Source of the DNA: a virus
DNA: 64,000 bases
IMG/VR virus record: IMGVR_UViG_3300042446_001168
Direction: 5' to 3' (one strand)
Part shown: positions 1 through 8,992 of the stretch, piece after piece
Position numbering within the stretch: position 1 is the first letter of the stretch
Layout: each line of letters begins with the position of its first letter
The notes under the pieces: generated by a model
What the model was told of the DNA's origin: nothing
What the model saw: the letters and a program-made list of their open reading frames with translations, nothing else
The model's database searches: none
Translations under genes and position numbers: made by a program

Positions 1-2
1 AA

Positions 3-215
3 AAGAAACATCTTTACATTAAGCATCAGGTACTAAAGAACTCTATCATATCTGATGAGATGTATAATCTACAGGACGGGGATGATGATGTATCAATGGC
101 CAGTATGTTTGACAATGAGAAGATGAATGACTTTGTCAAGGCTTTTGAAGAGGGCTTGGAGAAGAAACGAAAACCTAGTCAGAAAGTAGGACTCGAAAAG
201 TTCTTTGAGGAGTAG
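3..215 (+). CDS. gp55: C-terminal part of T4-like late-transcription sigma factor gp55 (5' truncated by window)
   Basis: Frame 3 reads KKHLYIKHQ...GLEKFFEE*, like the gp55 C-terminus; lies in the usual position upstream of gp47/gp46. Confidence 0.75.
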   Translation, partial: KKHLYIKHQVLKNSIISDEMYNLQDGDDDVSMASMFDNEKMNDFVKAFEEGLEKKRKPSQKVGLEKFFEE

Positions 216-238
216 CTTGTACGTGCACCCAAATGTTT

Positions 239-246
239 TATAAATA
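239..246 (+). promoter_or_regulatory. T4-type late promoter TATAAATA in the loop of a hairpin (223-266) upstream of the HNH gene
   Basis: Exact TATAAATA; flanking arms TGCACCCAAATGTTT / AAACATTGGGGGGCA. Confidence 0.75.
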
Positions 247-267
247 CAAGAAACATTGGGGGGCATC

Positions 268-816
268 ATGGGAGTAAAAAATCAATTTCCTGCTATATCA
301 AGGCAGAACAGACTCAAAGCTATTGAAGAAGGGTCTACAACTTACATAAGTGGAACCACGTGTAAACACTGTGATACAACTGTGAAGTATGTTAAAAACT
401 CTTCTTGTGTAGAATGTACTACGGTGAAAACAAAGCAAAGAGATTCCAGTGTATATTCAAAGTATATTAACTCGGAGAAGGGTAAAAATTGGAAGAGCTC
501 GTATAGAAAAACTACAGTGTATAAAGAAGTACAAAAAAGATGGTTGGATGCCACTGGGTATGGTTCCTTCAGACAATCCTTGAGAAGGAAGCAGATAAAA
601 GACTCGATTACTTTATTATCAATTGATGAACTAGAACAAGTTGAGCAGATTTACAAAAAAGCAGCAGAACTAAGACAGTCAACAGGTAAGATGTATCACG
701 TTGACCATATCATACGGCTGGCTGATGGTGGTACACATTGGCCGGATAATTTACAAATTTTAGATGAATCCACACACCGTGAGAAAACATCTGGTGAAAA
801 TAGAAAGGAGGGTTAG
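268..816 (+). CDS. Free-standing HNH homing endonuclease
   Basis: C-terminal HVDHII..GGTH..DNLQIL...H HNH motif; N-terminal CKHC...CVEC; inserted between gp55 and gp47. Confidence 0.8.
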   Translation: MGVKNQFPAISRQNRLKAIEEGSTTYISGTTCKHCDTTVKYVKNSSCVECTTVKTKQRDSSVYSKYINSEKGKNWKSSYRKTTVYKEVQKRWLDATGYGSFRQSLRRKQIKDSITLLSIDELEQVEQIYKKAAELRQSTGKMYHVDHIIRLADGGTHWPDNLQILDESTHREKTSGENRKEG

Positions 817-819
817 TCA

Positions 820-1876
820 ATGAAAGTAGCACTTTTGACTGACACGCATTTTCGGTGCTAGAGGAGACCATGCAGCATTCGACAAACATTTTAAGAAATT
901 CTACGAGCAAACATTTTTCAGAACTCTCACCGAGCGAGATATACGGCACGTTATTCATCTTGGCGATATGTTTGATCGTCGCAAGTATATTAACTATCTT
1001 ACTCTCAGCAATTGCAGGAAGTATTTTTTTGATACTCTTCGTGATCGGGAAATTGAGCTTGATGTTATCGTTGGTAACCACGACGTATTCTACAAAAACA
1101 CAAACGAAGTAAACTCTCCAGAGTTACTACTCACCGAGTATGATAACATTCACCCATACTCTGTAGCCACAAAGCTCAACTACGATGGCCTGGATATATT
1201 AATGCTTCCATGGATATGCTCTGATAACTATCAAGAGTCCATGAATATAATCAAAGACACAAGTGCTGAAGTCTGCTTCGGACATCTTGAGCTTGCCGGC
1301 TTTCAAATGTATAAAGGACAAAAAAATGATCACGGATTTGATTCTAAAATATTCAGCCGATTTGATCTTGTGTGTAGTGGTCATTTCCATCATCGCTCAA
1401 GCTCTGGCAACATCCACTATCTCGGTAATCCTTACGAACTTACATGGGCTGATTATGAAGATCCACGAGGATTCCATATATTCGACACAGAGACCAGGGA
1501 GCTAGAGTTTATTCAGAATCCCAATAGAATGTTCCATAAAATATTCTTCAACAAGGACTATACAATTGATGATCATAACTATGATGTATTGAAAGATTGT
1601 TTTGTTAAAGTTGTGGTTCAGGATAAAGACACTCCAATGAAGTTTGATATCCTAATTGACAAGTTAGAAAAGGTTGGTATAGCCGACTTGCAAGTAGTTG
1701 ATGATCACATGCATATGGATATTGAGGACAACGAGGACATACTAGAGAGCGCTGAAGATACCATGACTCTATTGTCAAAATTCTGCGATCAGCTAGATGC
1801 CACTGTTGATAAAAAAAGGCTTGACGGCCTGCTTAGAAACCTGTACAATGAGGCGGTTAACCTAGAATCCGCATAA
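820..1876 (+). CDS. gp47: Recombination endonuclease subunit gp47 (Mre11/SbcD-like), with an apparent +1 frameshift at 849-852
   Basis: ATG820 gives MKVALLTDTHF; removing one T continues GARGD...HLGDMFDRR into ORF 968-1876, which has GNHD, GHLE and SGHFH metallophosphoesterase motifs. Confidence 0.9.
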
Positions 1877-1879
1877 ACT

Positions 1880-3598
1880 ATGATATTGTTTTCCAAAGTT
1901 AGATGGCGCAATATGCTATCTACGGGTGATGCCTGGACAGAAGTAAACTTCACAAAATCTAAATCGACTCTGGTTGTAGGGGAGAATGGCGCTGGCAAGA
2001 GCACCATTCTTGATGCCGTTTGTTTTGCGTTATTCGGTAAGCCGTTCCGAAAGATAAACAAGCCGCAGCTCGTTAACTCCATCAACAAAAAGAATATGGT
2101 GGTGGAGATAGAGTTTAAGGTAGGTTCTCGAGAATATATTATCAAGCGAGGACAGAAGCCAACTCTTTTTGAGATACTGGTCAATGGAGAACTCATAAGC
2201 CAGAACTCCGAATCCAAAGAGTATCAAGAAATGCTCGAGAAGACCATTCTCAAGCTAAACTTCAAATCATTTTCCCAGATTGTTATTCTTGGTAGTGCCT
2301 CATTCACGCCCTTCATGCAGCTACCAGCTGCTCATAGAAGAGAGATCATTGAGGACTTGCTTGACATTCAGATATTCTCTACTATGAATACTCTACTAAA
2401 AGAAAAAGTAGCTCTAAACAAACAAGAGATTACGTGTGTTTCTTACGAGATGAAGGTTGCTGCAGACAGGATTGAGTTACACAACAAACTTGTAAAGACT
2501 CTTACCGACAATAAGCAGACTACAATTACTACAAAGAGTAATCAGCTCAAGGAAGTTACTGGCAACATGCAGATAGCCCTTGATGTTATTAAGGAGCACA
2601 GGGAGAAAGTTATAACGCTCAAAGGTAATATAGTAGACGAGGATGCAGTGTCTGGTAAGTATTCTACCTACATAAGCTTGAAGCGTGCAGGTGAGAATAA
2701 GTTAAAGAACATAAACGATAGCATTGAATTTCTAGAAGATCACGAGAGTTGTCCGACGTGTAATCAAGACATTGATGCTCATTTTAAATATGGTAGTATT
2801 GGAGAGAAGACTACTCAAAAAGTTGATGTTGAAACCTCACTTGCTTCATTGCAAAGACTCATGGTAGCTTTGGAGGAGAGACTAAAAGATATAGCAGGGG
2901 TGCATTCTCTGATACAAGACCAGGATGATCTTATTCAGGACTACAACACTCAAGTAAAGATATACGAGAACACAATTAAGCTACTACGAGATGAAATAAA
3001 ATCTTTGCAATCTGAGATTGAAGTGCAGTATACAGATGATGCTGAAGAGTTAACTGCTATCAAACGAACATTAAAAGCAGCCATTAATACAAAAGAAGAG
3101 TTACTGAAGGATAAAGCTGCTCTAGATGTTGCTTCTGTGTTGTTGAGAGACTCTGGAGTAAAGACAAAGATCATTAAGCAGTACATCCCTGTCATAAACA
3201 AGCTCGTCAATAAGTACCTGGCAGCAATGGACTTCTTTGTTAACTTTGAGTTGAACGAGAACTTCGAAGAGACTATCAGATCAAGACATCGTGATGATTT
3301 TAGTTATGAGTCCTTTTCCGAGGGCGAGAAGATGCGCATTGACTTGGCTCTACTATTCACATGGAGAGCAATAAGTAAACTACGTAACTCAGCATCAACG
3401 AATCTTTTGATCATGGATGAAGTATTTGATAGTTCATTAGACAATAATGGGACGGAAGAGTTCCTTAAAATTATCAATACGTTGACTGCTGACACAAACT
3501 TGTTTATAATAAGCCACAAAGGCGATCAACTCTTTGATCGGTTTCATTCTGTAATAAAATTCCAAAAAGTAAAGAACTTTAGTCAAATGGTGAAATAA
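1880..3598 (+). CDS. gp46: Recombination ATPase gp46 (Rad50/SbcC-like)
   Basis: Walker A GENGAGKST, CPTC zinc hook, FSEGEK signature, LIMDEVFD Walker B. Confidence 0.97.
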   Translation: MILFSKVRWRNMLSTGDAWTEVNFTKSKSTLVVGENGAGKSTILDAVCFALFGKPFRKINKPQLVNSINKKNMVVEIEFKVGSREYIIKRGQKPTLFEILVNGELISQNSESKEYQEMLEKTILKLNFKSFSQIVILGSASFTPFMQLPAAHRREIIEDLLDIQIFSTMNTLLKEKVALNKQEITCVSYEMKVAADRIELHNKLVKTLTDNKQTTITTKSNQLKEVTGNMQIALDVIKEHREKVITLKGNIVDEDAVSGKYSTYISLKRAGENKLKNINDSIEFLEDHESCPTCNQDIDAHFKYGSIGEKTTQKVDVETSLASLQRLMVALEERLKDIAGVHSLIQDQDDLIQDYNTQVKIYENTIKLLRDEIKSLQSEIEVQYTDDAEELTAIKRTLKAAINTKEELLKDKAALDVASVLLRDSGVKTKIIKQYIPVINKLVNKYLAAMDFFVNFELNENFEETIRSRHRDDFSYESFSEGEKMRIDLALLFTWRAISKLRNSASTNLLIMDEVFDSSLDNNGTEEFLKIINTLTADTNLFIISHKGDQLFDRFHSVIKFQKVKNFSQMVK

Positions 3599-4116
3599 TG
3601 ATATATGAATTAGTGAAGCCGGACCATGTGATGTTGAGAACCAAACTGGATAGATTTGACTTCAACAATCCACCAATGAATCCTCATGAGCTAGCTAACA
3701 ACCTCATCGAAACAATGATCCACAACAACGGTATTGGGTTATCTGCCAATCAATGTGGTCTCCCGTACAAAGTATTTGTGTTGTGGTCAAACCCAACAAA
3801 AGTAATGTTTAATCCTACTGTGGCCGATATCTCTACGGAGGAGATTATGTTGGAGGAAGGATGTTTGACGTATCCAAATCTTTTCATAAAGATTAAGAGA
3901 CCGAAGTTAGTCCGTATTAGATACATGGATTCATTTGGAGAAGCTCAGACCGATAAGTTTACTGGGATGACTGCTAGATGCGTACTTCATGAGATGGATC
4001 ATCTGAATGGAGTTAATTTCACACATAAAGCTAGCAAGTTTCATTTTGAGCAAGCCATGAGACAGAGAAATAAACGAGAAAAATCATATAAGGTGCCTAG
4101 CCATGAGCAAAATTAA
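3598..4116 (+). CDS. def: Peptide deformylase
   Basis: GIGLSANQ, EGCLT and HEMDH motifs. Confidence 0.93.
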   Translation: MIYELVKPDHVMLRTKLDRFDFNNPPMNPHELANNLIETMIHNNGIGLSANQCGLPYKVFVLWSNPTKVMFNPTVADISTEEIMLEEGCLTYPNLFIKIKRPKLVRIRYMDSFGEAQTDKFTGMTARCVLHEMDHLNGVNFTHKASKFHFEQAMRQRNKREKSYKVPSHEQN

Positions 4117-4954
4117 AGTAGCAGAATTATTCTATTCTCTTCAGGGTGAAGGGAAATATGTCGGAGTTCCTAGTGTGTTTTTACGAACATTTGGGTGTAA
4201 CTTCACTTGTAGTGGATTTGGAATGCCTAAAGGAGACGTATCTAATGAACGAGATGGGATTGCAGTTAATATTGGCCAGTTTAAATCTTACAACGATCTA
4301 CCACTTGTTCATACCGGTTGCGATTCTTATGCTAGCTGGGATCCTCGGTTCAAACATCTTTCACCGGTTCTTACTACGGATTCGATTGTGGAATCAATTA
4401 AGGAATTACTCCCGAATAAACACTGGAAAGAAGAACACCTAATTATTACTGGTGGTGAGCCATTACTTGGATGGCAGAGATCATTTGCCGATCTACTATC
4501 ACACGAGGGGATGGCTGGCCTCAAGTCTATTACTTTTGAGACCAACGGTACTCAGAAGCTCACAGACGACTTCAAGAAGTTCTTGTTTCAACATGGATCA
4601 AAGAACAAAGGTAATGTTGAGATTGTGTTCTCCGTGAGTGCTAAATTGAGTGCATCAGGAGAAAAATGGGAAGAGGCAATTCTACCAGCAGTTGTAGCTG
4701 ATTATGAACAGTACGGTGAAGTATATCTGAAGTTTGTGGTTGATAAGGATAGTGACATTGAAGAAGTTGATAGAGCGGTGTATGTGTACAGAGATAATGG
4801 GATTCGTGGTAACATATATCTGATGCCTGTTGGAGGAACTGATCAGATATACTTTAGTAACTTCAAAGCTGTTGCAGAAATGGCCATGAAGCGTGGGTGG
4901 AGATATAGTCCAAGATTGCAGGTAGATATTTGGCGTAACGCATGGGGTACTTGA
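4103..4954 (+). CDS. queE: 7-carboxy-7-deazaguanine synthase (radical SAM)
   Basis: ELFYSLQGEG, FLRTFGCNFTC...GCDS, ITGGEPL, FETNGT, RLQVDIW. Confidence 0.92.
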   Translation: MSKIKVAELFYSLQGEGKYVGVPSVFLRTFGCNFTCSGFGMPKGDVSNERDGIAVNIGQFKSYNDLPLVHTGCDSYASWDPRFKHLSPVLTTDSIVESIKELLPNKHWKEEHLIITGGEPLLGWQRSFADLLSHEGMAGLKSITFETNGTQKLTDDFKKFLFQHGSKNKGNVEIVFSVSAKLSASGEKWEEAILPAVVADYEQYGEVYLKFVVDKDSDIEEVDRAVYVYRDNGIRGNIYLMPVGGTDQIYFSNFKAVAEMAMKRGWRYSPRLQVDIWRNAWGT

Positions 4955-4957
4955 TAA

Positions 4958-5431
4958 ATGGACATTGACCAAAATGATTTCAATAAAGCAGTTGATAGCC
5001 TTTGTGTACAAATCAGAGAGAGTCAGGTTAAATTTGACTTCATTGTTGGAATCAGTCGTGGGGGCCTTATTCCTAGTGTTCTTTTGTCTCACCGTCTTCA
5101 GATTCCTCTTAGGACTGTAGAGTGGTCAACAAGGGATTCAGGTCTCAGGAATTGTTCCCCTGATATTGCCTATCAAGCAAGATATAAATCACCAACATAT
5201 GAACGTAAGAACATATTAGTAGTAGATGACATTGTTGATAGTGGTATTACAATCAAAGAGCTACTTGATAGTTGGCAAATGAAGGATAGTGATAACGTCA
5301 AGTTAGCATGTATAGTATTTAACAAGGAACAGCGATTGATAACACCTGATTACTATTATCAAGTGATAGATCGAAGTGAAAATAAACAATGGGTAAATTT
5401 TTGGTGGGAGCAAAATGAATCAACCAGTTAA
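4958..5431 (+). CDS. Type I phosphoribosyltransferase (purine PRTase-like)
   Basis: GISRGG, LVVDDIVDSGIT PRPP-binding loop, WVNFWWE end. Confidence 0.9.
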   Translation: MDIDQNDFNKAVDSLCVQIRESQVKFDFIVGISRGGLIPSVLLSHRLQIPLRTVEWSTRDSGLRNCSPDIAYQARYKSPTYERKNILVVDDIVDSGITIKELLDSWQMKDSDNVKLACIVFNKEQRLITPDYYYQVIDRSENKQWVNFWWEQNESTS

Positions 5432-5915
5432 TTATAAATTCGTATCAACAAAAGAGTATGTGGATGCCTTCCCATGTGCTTACAGACAATTCCGTGCAGA
5501 TTCTCACTGCAACCTAATTCATGGGTACAGCTTCTCCATGAAGTTCTACTTTGGAACCAACGACCTTGACGTTCGTAATTGGGCTGCTGACTATGGTGGA
5601 TTGAAAGAGCTAAAGGAAGTACTACAGGAACAGTTTGACCATACCCTTCTTGTAGCAGAGGATGATCCTGAGCTAGAGACCTATAAACTTCTACAAGAGA
5701 AGAAGATGGCTAAGCTAACCATCCTACCACGACTGGGATGCGAAGGCCTGGCCGATTCGCTTTACAAGTATGTTAATGGAGTTTACATTCCTGACTATTG
5801 GGGTCCTGGTGAGTCGCGTCGTCTTTGGTGCTATCGTGTAGAGGTTCGCGAGACTCAAAGTAATATGGCTTTCCGAGAAGGACATCGTGAGTGGAACGAG
5901 GATCTATTCGAATGA
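5415..5915 (+). CDS. queD: 6-carboxy-5,6,7,8-tetrahydropterin synthase
   Basis: CNLIHGYS (CxxxHGx), FDHTLL, VEVRET motifs. Confidence 0.9.
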   Translation: MNQPVNYKFVSTKEYVDAFPCAYRQFRADSHCNLIHGYSFSMKFYFGTNDLDVRNWAADYGGLKELKEVLQEQFDHTLLVAEDDPELETYKLLQEKKMAKLTILPRLGCEGLADSLYKYVNGVYIPDYWGPGESRRLWCYRVEVRETQSNMAFREGHREWNEDLFE

Positions 5916-6133
5916 GAGAGGGTAGGTACATACGAAAGAACTTTGATTGGGTGCCTGACGGAGTGTATGACAGTGAATTCTATCTGGTCCGGTATGTTAT
6001 TGAGGATGGAGCCCATCACATAGCCATTTCAAAAATGTGGCTGGATGATGGTGGTCCAGATGATGCTGATATAGCGTTGAGACTTCCGTGGGGAACCTAC
6101 GTAGACCTCCCACAAAAACCGCAGAAACAGTAG
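5912..6133 (+). CDS. Hypothetical protein
   Basis: ORF; ATG overlaps queD stop. Confidence 0.5.
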   Translation: MREGRYIRKNFDWVPDGVYDSEFYLVRYVIEDGAHHIAISKMWLDDGGPDDADIALRLPWGTYVDLPQKPQKQ

Positions 6134-6137
6134 GCTG

Positions 6138-6166
6138 TTGACTTAATTACCATCATTAGTTATAAT
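6138..6166 (+). promoter_or_regulatory. Sigma70-type early promoter
   Basis: TTGACT-N17-TATAAT. Confidence 0.85.
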
Positions 6167-6194
6167 AGAATCTCAATTGATAAGGAGATTCGTT

Positions 6195-6386
6195 ATGACA
6201 CAGCTTACTGCTCTTGCACGTTCTATTTCTAGTCCACTAATGGCTACTCGTGAAAATCTTCAGGATGCATTCGAGTATGCTTTTGAGATTGCTAAAGCAT
6301 CTGATAACCCCGCTGCCGTTATGACGGCTATCTTCGTTGTCACTAACACTATTGCTAAGCAGCTGAAGGAGATTGAGAATGCCTAG
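6195..6386 (+). CDS. Hypothetical protein
   Basis: AGGAG RBS before ATG6195. Confidence 0.65.
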   Translation: MTQLTALARSISSPLMATRENLQDAFEYAFEIAKASDNPAAVMTAIFVVTNTIAKQLKEIENA

Positions 6387-6570
6387 TACGATAGGGTTAG
6401 AAATTGAAAATAAAGTGTTTACGGAGATACGTAAAGGTTTTGACTCTGCAGATGAGAGACGTGAGGTCTTTTTAGATATTGCAGATCATTATAATGTTTC
6501 ACCTGATATAGTTTGGACTGCTTTTTTTAAACTCACCACTCTTTTTGATCAAGGAGTTATGAATGACTAG
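6379..6570 (+). CDS. Hypothetical protein
   Basis: AAGGAG RBS; overlapping gene chain. Confidence 0.6.
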   Translation: MPSTIGLEIENKVFTEIRKGFDSADERREVFLDIADHYNVSPDIVWTAFFKLTTLFDQGVMND

Positions 6571-6748
6571 TGATCCTCAGCTCCGCGACCAGTTTGTTAA
6601 GGCTGTCAATAGTTTCAAGTATAAGCCAGCTTTGCTTCGCCAGACAATAAAAGATGCAGAAATGTACCGAAAAGAAGGGCAATTGACCGAGTTTGACATT
6701 ATTTTCCTGAAAAGATTGGCAATGACCCACAGTACATGCGTGTTTTAA
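6563..6748 (+). CDS. Hypothetical protein
   Basis: AGGAG RBS; overlapping gene chain. Confidence 0.6.
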   Translation: MTSDPQLRDQFVKAVNSFKYKPALLRQTIKDAEMYRKEGQLTEFDIIFLKRLAMTHSTCVF

Positions 6749-6751
6749 CTG

Positions 6752-6780
6752 TTGACTTAATTTGTACTTCATGTGATAAT
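6752..6780 (+). promoter_or_regulatory. Sigma70-type early promoter
   Basis: TTGACT-N17-GATAAT. Confidence 0.75.
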
Positions 6781-6813
6781 AGACATTCTGAACACTTAAT
6801 TATGGAGATTTAA

Positions 6814-7125
6814 ATGACTAAATCTAAAGTTGATAAAGACACTGGATACACACCAGAAGAGCAGCAAGCTAAGTATGAGGAACTTTTTGTAAAAAAGCCA
6901 AAGCGCAAACTGGCTCGGAATCCGGATCCAGTAGTGACCGACAAGCCACAGACAGCCTCGGTAGATCTGAGGACTCAGGCAGTGAATCTGTACGGTCAGG
7001 GACTAAGCGCAAAGGACGTAGCAAAGACTCTTAGTATCACGTATGCCAATGCATACTATTACAAGCGTTTTGTAAAGAATGAAAAAGCTGAAGCTCGACT
7101 TCAAGAGTCGCTGAAGCGTATTTGA
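6814..7125 (+). CDS. Putative HTH DNA-binding protein
   Basis: C-terminal GLSAKDVAKTLSITYANAYYY resembles an HTH; GGAG RBS. Confidence 0.55.
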   Translation: MTKSKVDKDTGYTPEEQQAKYEELFVKKPKRKLARNPDPVVTDKPQTASVDLRTQAVNLYGQGLSAKDVAKTLSITYANAYYYKRFVKNEKAEARLQESLKRI

Positions 7126-7130
7126 TTATT

Positions 7131-7208
7131 GGGCCTCTAGCTCATGTTGGTTAGAGCAGCGAACTCATAATTCGTTGGTGCCGTGTTCGACTCACGGGAG
7201 GCCCACCA
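7131..7208 (+). tRNA. tRNA with CAT anticodon, probably Ile2 (lysidine type); Met not excluded
   Basis: Acceptor GGGCCTC/GAGGCCC, anticodon arm GCGAA-CTCATAA-TTCGT, TTCGA T-loop, encoded CCA. Confidence 0.9.
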
Positions 7209-7222
7209 CTATTGGAGAACTT

Positions 7223-7531
7223 ATGACGTCCTGGACAGTGCCTGTTAAAGAAAATGAAGACGATACGGATATTTACATTGTTGAGACTATTAGTACTTTT
7301 GCCATGAAGTATGCTATACGTGCCAAGTCGGCTGATCGTGCGATGGATGCTGTAGTTATGGAGGAAGCACTTGATATCCACCAGAAGCACGTCGGAGAAA
7401 ATATTGTCCGGTCTAGGAAGGTCACCAAGCAAGGTTACCTGGAAGAGTTTGACCAGGATAGCGAGTATCTCAAGGGCTGGTCAGATGATCAGAAGTTGAG
7501 CATGGTAACTGTGATAAACTACGATAAGTAA
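7223..7531 (+). CDS. Hypothetical protein
   Basis: GGAG RBS, ATG7223 just after the tRNA. Confidence 0.7.
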   Translation: MTSWTVPVKENEDDTDIYIVETISTFAMKYAIRAKSADRAMDAVVMEEALDIHQKHVGENIVRSRKVTKQGYLEEFDQDSEYLKGWSDDQKLSMVTVINYDK

Positions 7532-7535
7532 TAAA

Positions 7536-7691
7536 ATGAAGGTTATTGAGCGTTGGTATGAGAAGCTTTTGGGATATGATTGGTTCTATCGCCTGCAGAG
7601 GTTCACCCTCATGGAGTGGGTAGTTATAGTGCTAGTTGTATCAGCAATGGCATATTCTTTTTTTGGGTGGCTTATTTTTGGTGACGTGTGA
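7536..7691 (+). CDS. Small membrane protein (51 aa)
   Basis: MKVIERWYEK...hydrophobic C-terminus; below ORF-track cutoff. Confidence 0.45.
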   Translation: MKVIERWYEKLLGYDWFYRLQRFTLMEWVVIVLVVSAMAYSFFGWLIFGDV

Positions 7692-7776
7692 AATATTTTG
7701 ATGGGTTTGATATTGCAGTAGTCATATCTATTTGTTCGATATTTGGAAGTATTATTTATAAAATAATAGGAATATC

Positions 7777-8448
7777 ATGAAAATTATTATTGGGCCGTAT
7801 ACTAATTGGATAGGGCCATATCAGATTGCAGAAAAGATCTTGTTCTGGATGGACAGAGATAAAGATGAGCGCGTCCACAAGTTTGGCGAGTGGCTTGCTG
7901 GCAGCGAGAATGACCCGTCAACATTGACAAAAATATGCCGGTTTATTGATAGTAAGAAAACTCGTAAAGAGTATATTCGTATTGATAAGCATGATACCTG
8001 GGGAATGGATCATACACTAGCATTAATTATTACCCCAATGCTGAAGCAGCTTCGCGATACTAAGCACGGTGCTCCCTCGGTGGATGATGAGGATGTACCT
8101 GATCATATTAAGAGTACATCTGCTCCACCAAAGGACAATGAGTGGGATATTGATGGTCATCATTTCCTTCGTTGGGATTGGGTCCTTGATGAGATGATTT
8201 TTTCTTTTGAGTCAAAGCTGAATGATGAGTGGGACAAGGAGTTTTGGACAGGAGAGGCTGGCCCTGTTGAATGGGAGGAGACAGAAAAAACATTTCCTAA
8301 CCCGTTGACTAACGAGGAAGAAAAGACGTATATTATGAAGAAGACTGGCAACCTTGAATGCAATTGGACAGCCAGGCAAGTGAAGTCGGACAGGATTCAG
8401 AATGGGTTTAGGTTGTTTGGGAAGTACTATCAATCACTATGGGATTAA
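7777..8448 (+). CDS. Conserved phage hypothetical protein
   Basis: DTWGMDHTLA...RWDWVLDEMIF...GFRLFGKYYQSLWD, a pattern familiar from T4-like phages. Confidence 0.8.
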   Translation: MKIIIGPYTNWIGPYQIAEKILFWMDRDKDERVHKFGEWLAGSENDPSTLTKICRFIDSKKTRKEYIRIDKHDTWGMDHTLALIITPMLKQLRDTKHGAPSVDDEDVPDHIKSTSAPPKDNEWDIDGHHFLRWDWVLDEMIFSFESKLNDEWDKEFWTGEAGPVEWEETEKTFPNPLTNEEEKTYIMKKTGNLECNWTARQVKSDRIQNGFRLFGKYYQSLWD

Positions 8449-8449
8449 C

Positions 8450-8986
8450 ATGAAGAAATATTTTATTATGACCGCTATTGCTTTGGCTTTAGTCGGGTGT
8501 GCAAGTGACAAGACCAAGCTGGTGGAGCTTCCCACATCTAAGGGAATTCCTGAATGGTTTGCATCTGAGCCACCAAAGAGTGAAAAAGAAATTGTTGTAA
8601 CAGCTACTGATACGTCTCGAGACATGCAATTTGCTATTGATAAGGCAATGATGAACGCTCGTGTAGAGTTAGCTAATCGTATCAATGTCAAGATTGAGTC
8701 TCTTGTTAAAGAACAGTTAACTGAGGATGGTGCTGGTAAGATGAAAGACATTAATCGTGAGGTTGAGCGAGTTAGTAAGCAGGTAACTAACCAGGCACTA
8801 TCAATGTACACTCGCGAGAAGCTCTTTGTTGCTAAAGAGGATGAAGGGTTCCGTGCATATGTAATGTTAAAGATTGATGTTGACCAAGGACGTCGATTGG
8901 TTGAAGGTAATCGTAAGAATTCAAAAGATAGTAAGGACAAGTTCAAAGAGCTGGATGATTCTGTTATTGAAAAAAGTAAATCTTAG
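8450..8986 (+). CDS. Lipoprotein (LPP20-like)
   Basis: Signal peptide with LVGC lipobox; PEWF...A...ARVELA pattern. Confidence 0.7.
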   Translation: MKKYFIMTAIALALVGCASDKTKLVELPTSKGIPEWFASEPPKSEKEIVVTATDTSRDMQFAIDKAMMNARVELANRINVKIESLVKEQLTEDGAGKMKDINREVERVSKQVTNQALSMYTREKLFVAKEDEGFRAYVMLKIDVDQGRRLVEGNRKNSKDSKDKFKELDDSVIEKSKS

Positions 8987-8992
8987 ATTATT

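Noticed and set aside
855-1112. 85-aa hydrophobic ORF in the ORF track
   Set aside because: Out-of-frame shadow of the frameshifted gp47 5' end
7175-7222. 5' extension of ORF 7175-7531
   Set aside because: Overlaps the tRNA; the real start is ATG7223 with an RBS
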